From a virus, in IMG/VR virus record IMGVR_UViG_3300008735_000002, positions 32,001-96,000 of that record: a DNA stretch of 64,000 bases; one strand, 5' to 3'. Below, piece after piece: positions 63,186 through 64,000 of this stretch. Below the pieces are notes generated by a model. It saw nothing but the letters and a program-made list of their open reading frames with translations, ran no database searches and was not told the origin of the DNA. The first letter of the stretch is position 1. Each line of letters begins with the position of its first letter. The translations under genes were made by a program, and so were the position numbers.

Positions 63186-64000
63186 CTATTTCTCCGGCAT
63201 CGTATTCATCGAGGTCGAAATTGTCTTCCCCACTTAAACCCGCTTCGCTAAGAAGCACTCCGCCTTCAGGAGCAAGGATTGAAGATAATGATCTAAATGT
63301 TCCCCTTAATTCTGGCGTGATTACCGGCTTAACGCCGACATTCTTTTTATAAGTATTCCGGTCTTCCCATTCTGTCCCCTCGAACGTTGTGCGAAGGTAA
63401 TCATCTCCAAAAGGTTTTCTCATAGAGTCTTGTGGTCGCTTATGAGTGACCATCGTACGAAAGTCTGGCATATGAGTTTTAAGTGGACCACCAGAAGATT
63501 TCTTGCTTTGATTCCTAACCGCTGACTGTGCTTTCAACGGGGCGTCTGGATCGTCGATCGATAATTTTGAAATGTCAATAATGTCATCTTCTTCATCTTC
63601 ATCCGAGTCATCTTTTATTCTGTCTCCAGTCGCGGGAAGTGCTGTTAATAGTTGACCATCTTCTGGAACGTCAGCAGAGAATAGGCCGCCGCCGCCGGCT
63701 TCTTCGCCACCACCTTCTTCGCCGCCTTCTTCAGCTCCGGCACCCTCCACTTCAGCATCTTCGATCTTATCTTTCATCTTCCCTTCATGGATATCTTCGA
63801 TCTGCTTATCAGTTAGTCCAAGAACCTGCTTTTGAACCCACCTACGATCTAACATTCCCTCGGGTACTTTACCTGCAATATCAAAGCGCTGAGATATTAA
63901 TTCCAGCTTCTGCATCTGTGCAATAGAAGATGGATTAGAAAGTTTCAGCTCAAAATCTATTAAGTCTTCAGCATCATAACCGTGCACATAAAGGTGGATC
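63175..64000 (-). CDS. Portal protein (gp20-like), C-terminal part; truncated at the right edge
   Basis: The frame is open to the window edge (IHLYVHGY..EDLIDFELKLSNPSSI); WVQKQVLGL.D; long acidic tail; synteny with protease, scaffold and capsid. Confidence 0.8.
   Translation of the reverse strand, partial: IHLYVHGYDAEDLIDFELKLSNPSSIAQMQKLELISQRFDIAGKVPEGMLDRRWVQKQVLGLTDKQIEDIHEGKMKDKIEDAEVEGAGAEEGGEEGGGEEAGGGGLFSADVPEDGQLLTALPATGDRIKDDSDEDEEDDIIDISKLSIDDPDAPLKAQSAVRNQSKKSSGGPLKTHMPDFRTMVTHKRPQDSMRKPFGDDYLRTTFEGTEWEDRNTYKKNVGVKPVITPELRGTFRSLSSILAPEGGVLLSEAGLSGEDNFDLDEYDAGEIDES

Noticed and set aside
26-63926. Numerous plus-strand ORFs (e.g. 56220-56801, 40120-40635, 43502-43984, 38035-38511, 10373-10822)
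   Set aside because: All are antisense to well-supported minus-strand genes, and none shows a family motif; they are shadow ORFs.
1-64000. Stop-codon reassignment, as seen in some jumbo phages
   Set aside because: Long conserved genes read fully in the standard code, and TAG, TGA and TAA all end genes at sensible positions.
1-64000. tRNA genes, CRISPR arrays, integrase or transposase
   Set aside because: None was recognised by eye; intergenic spaces are short and explained by promoters or terminators. tRNAscan/CRISPR tools were not run.

Overview
A 64 kb segment of a large, T4-like (contractile-tailed) jumbo-phage genome. Every credible gene is on the minus strand, densely packed, in the standard genetic code. 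In transcription order (right to left): portal C-terminus, prohead protease, small head proteins, scaffold, gp23-like major capsid, neck and tail-completion proteins, two tandem tail-sheath paralogues, tail tube, a tail-assembly chaperone with a candidate programmed frameshift, tape measure and baseplate proteins (about 30.3-64 kb). Replication and metabolic genes follow (about 9-30.3 kb): compact family A polymerase, DEDDh exonuclease, gp32-like SSB, RecA, 5'-3' exonuclease, DnaB-like helicase, class II RNR, ClpP, amidase, glutamine synthetase II, thioesterase, ThyX, an MBD4-like glycosylase, a gp56-like dCTPase/dUTPase and DnaE. The standout is the coupled cluster directly downstream of dnaE (about 1.9-9.0 kb). 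It encodes a thymidylate-synthase-fold enzyme carrying the dCMP-specifying Asp, UDP-galactopyranose mutase (Glf), a T4 beta-glucosyltransferase-like glycosyltransferase, a dNMP kinase, a UDP-sugar epimerase, a cupin, a DHH phosphoesterase, an MT-A70 methyltransferase and dCMP deaminase. I infer a cytosine hypermodification pathway that puts a furanose sugar, most simply galactofuranose, on hydroxymethylcytosine in phage DNA; I know of no characterised example. All protein assignments come from motifs and by-eye comparison with remembered family sequences; no database searches were run.
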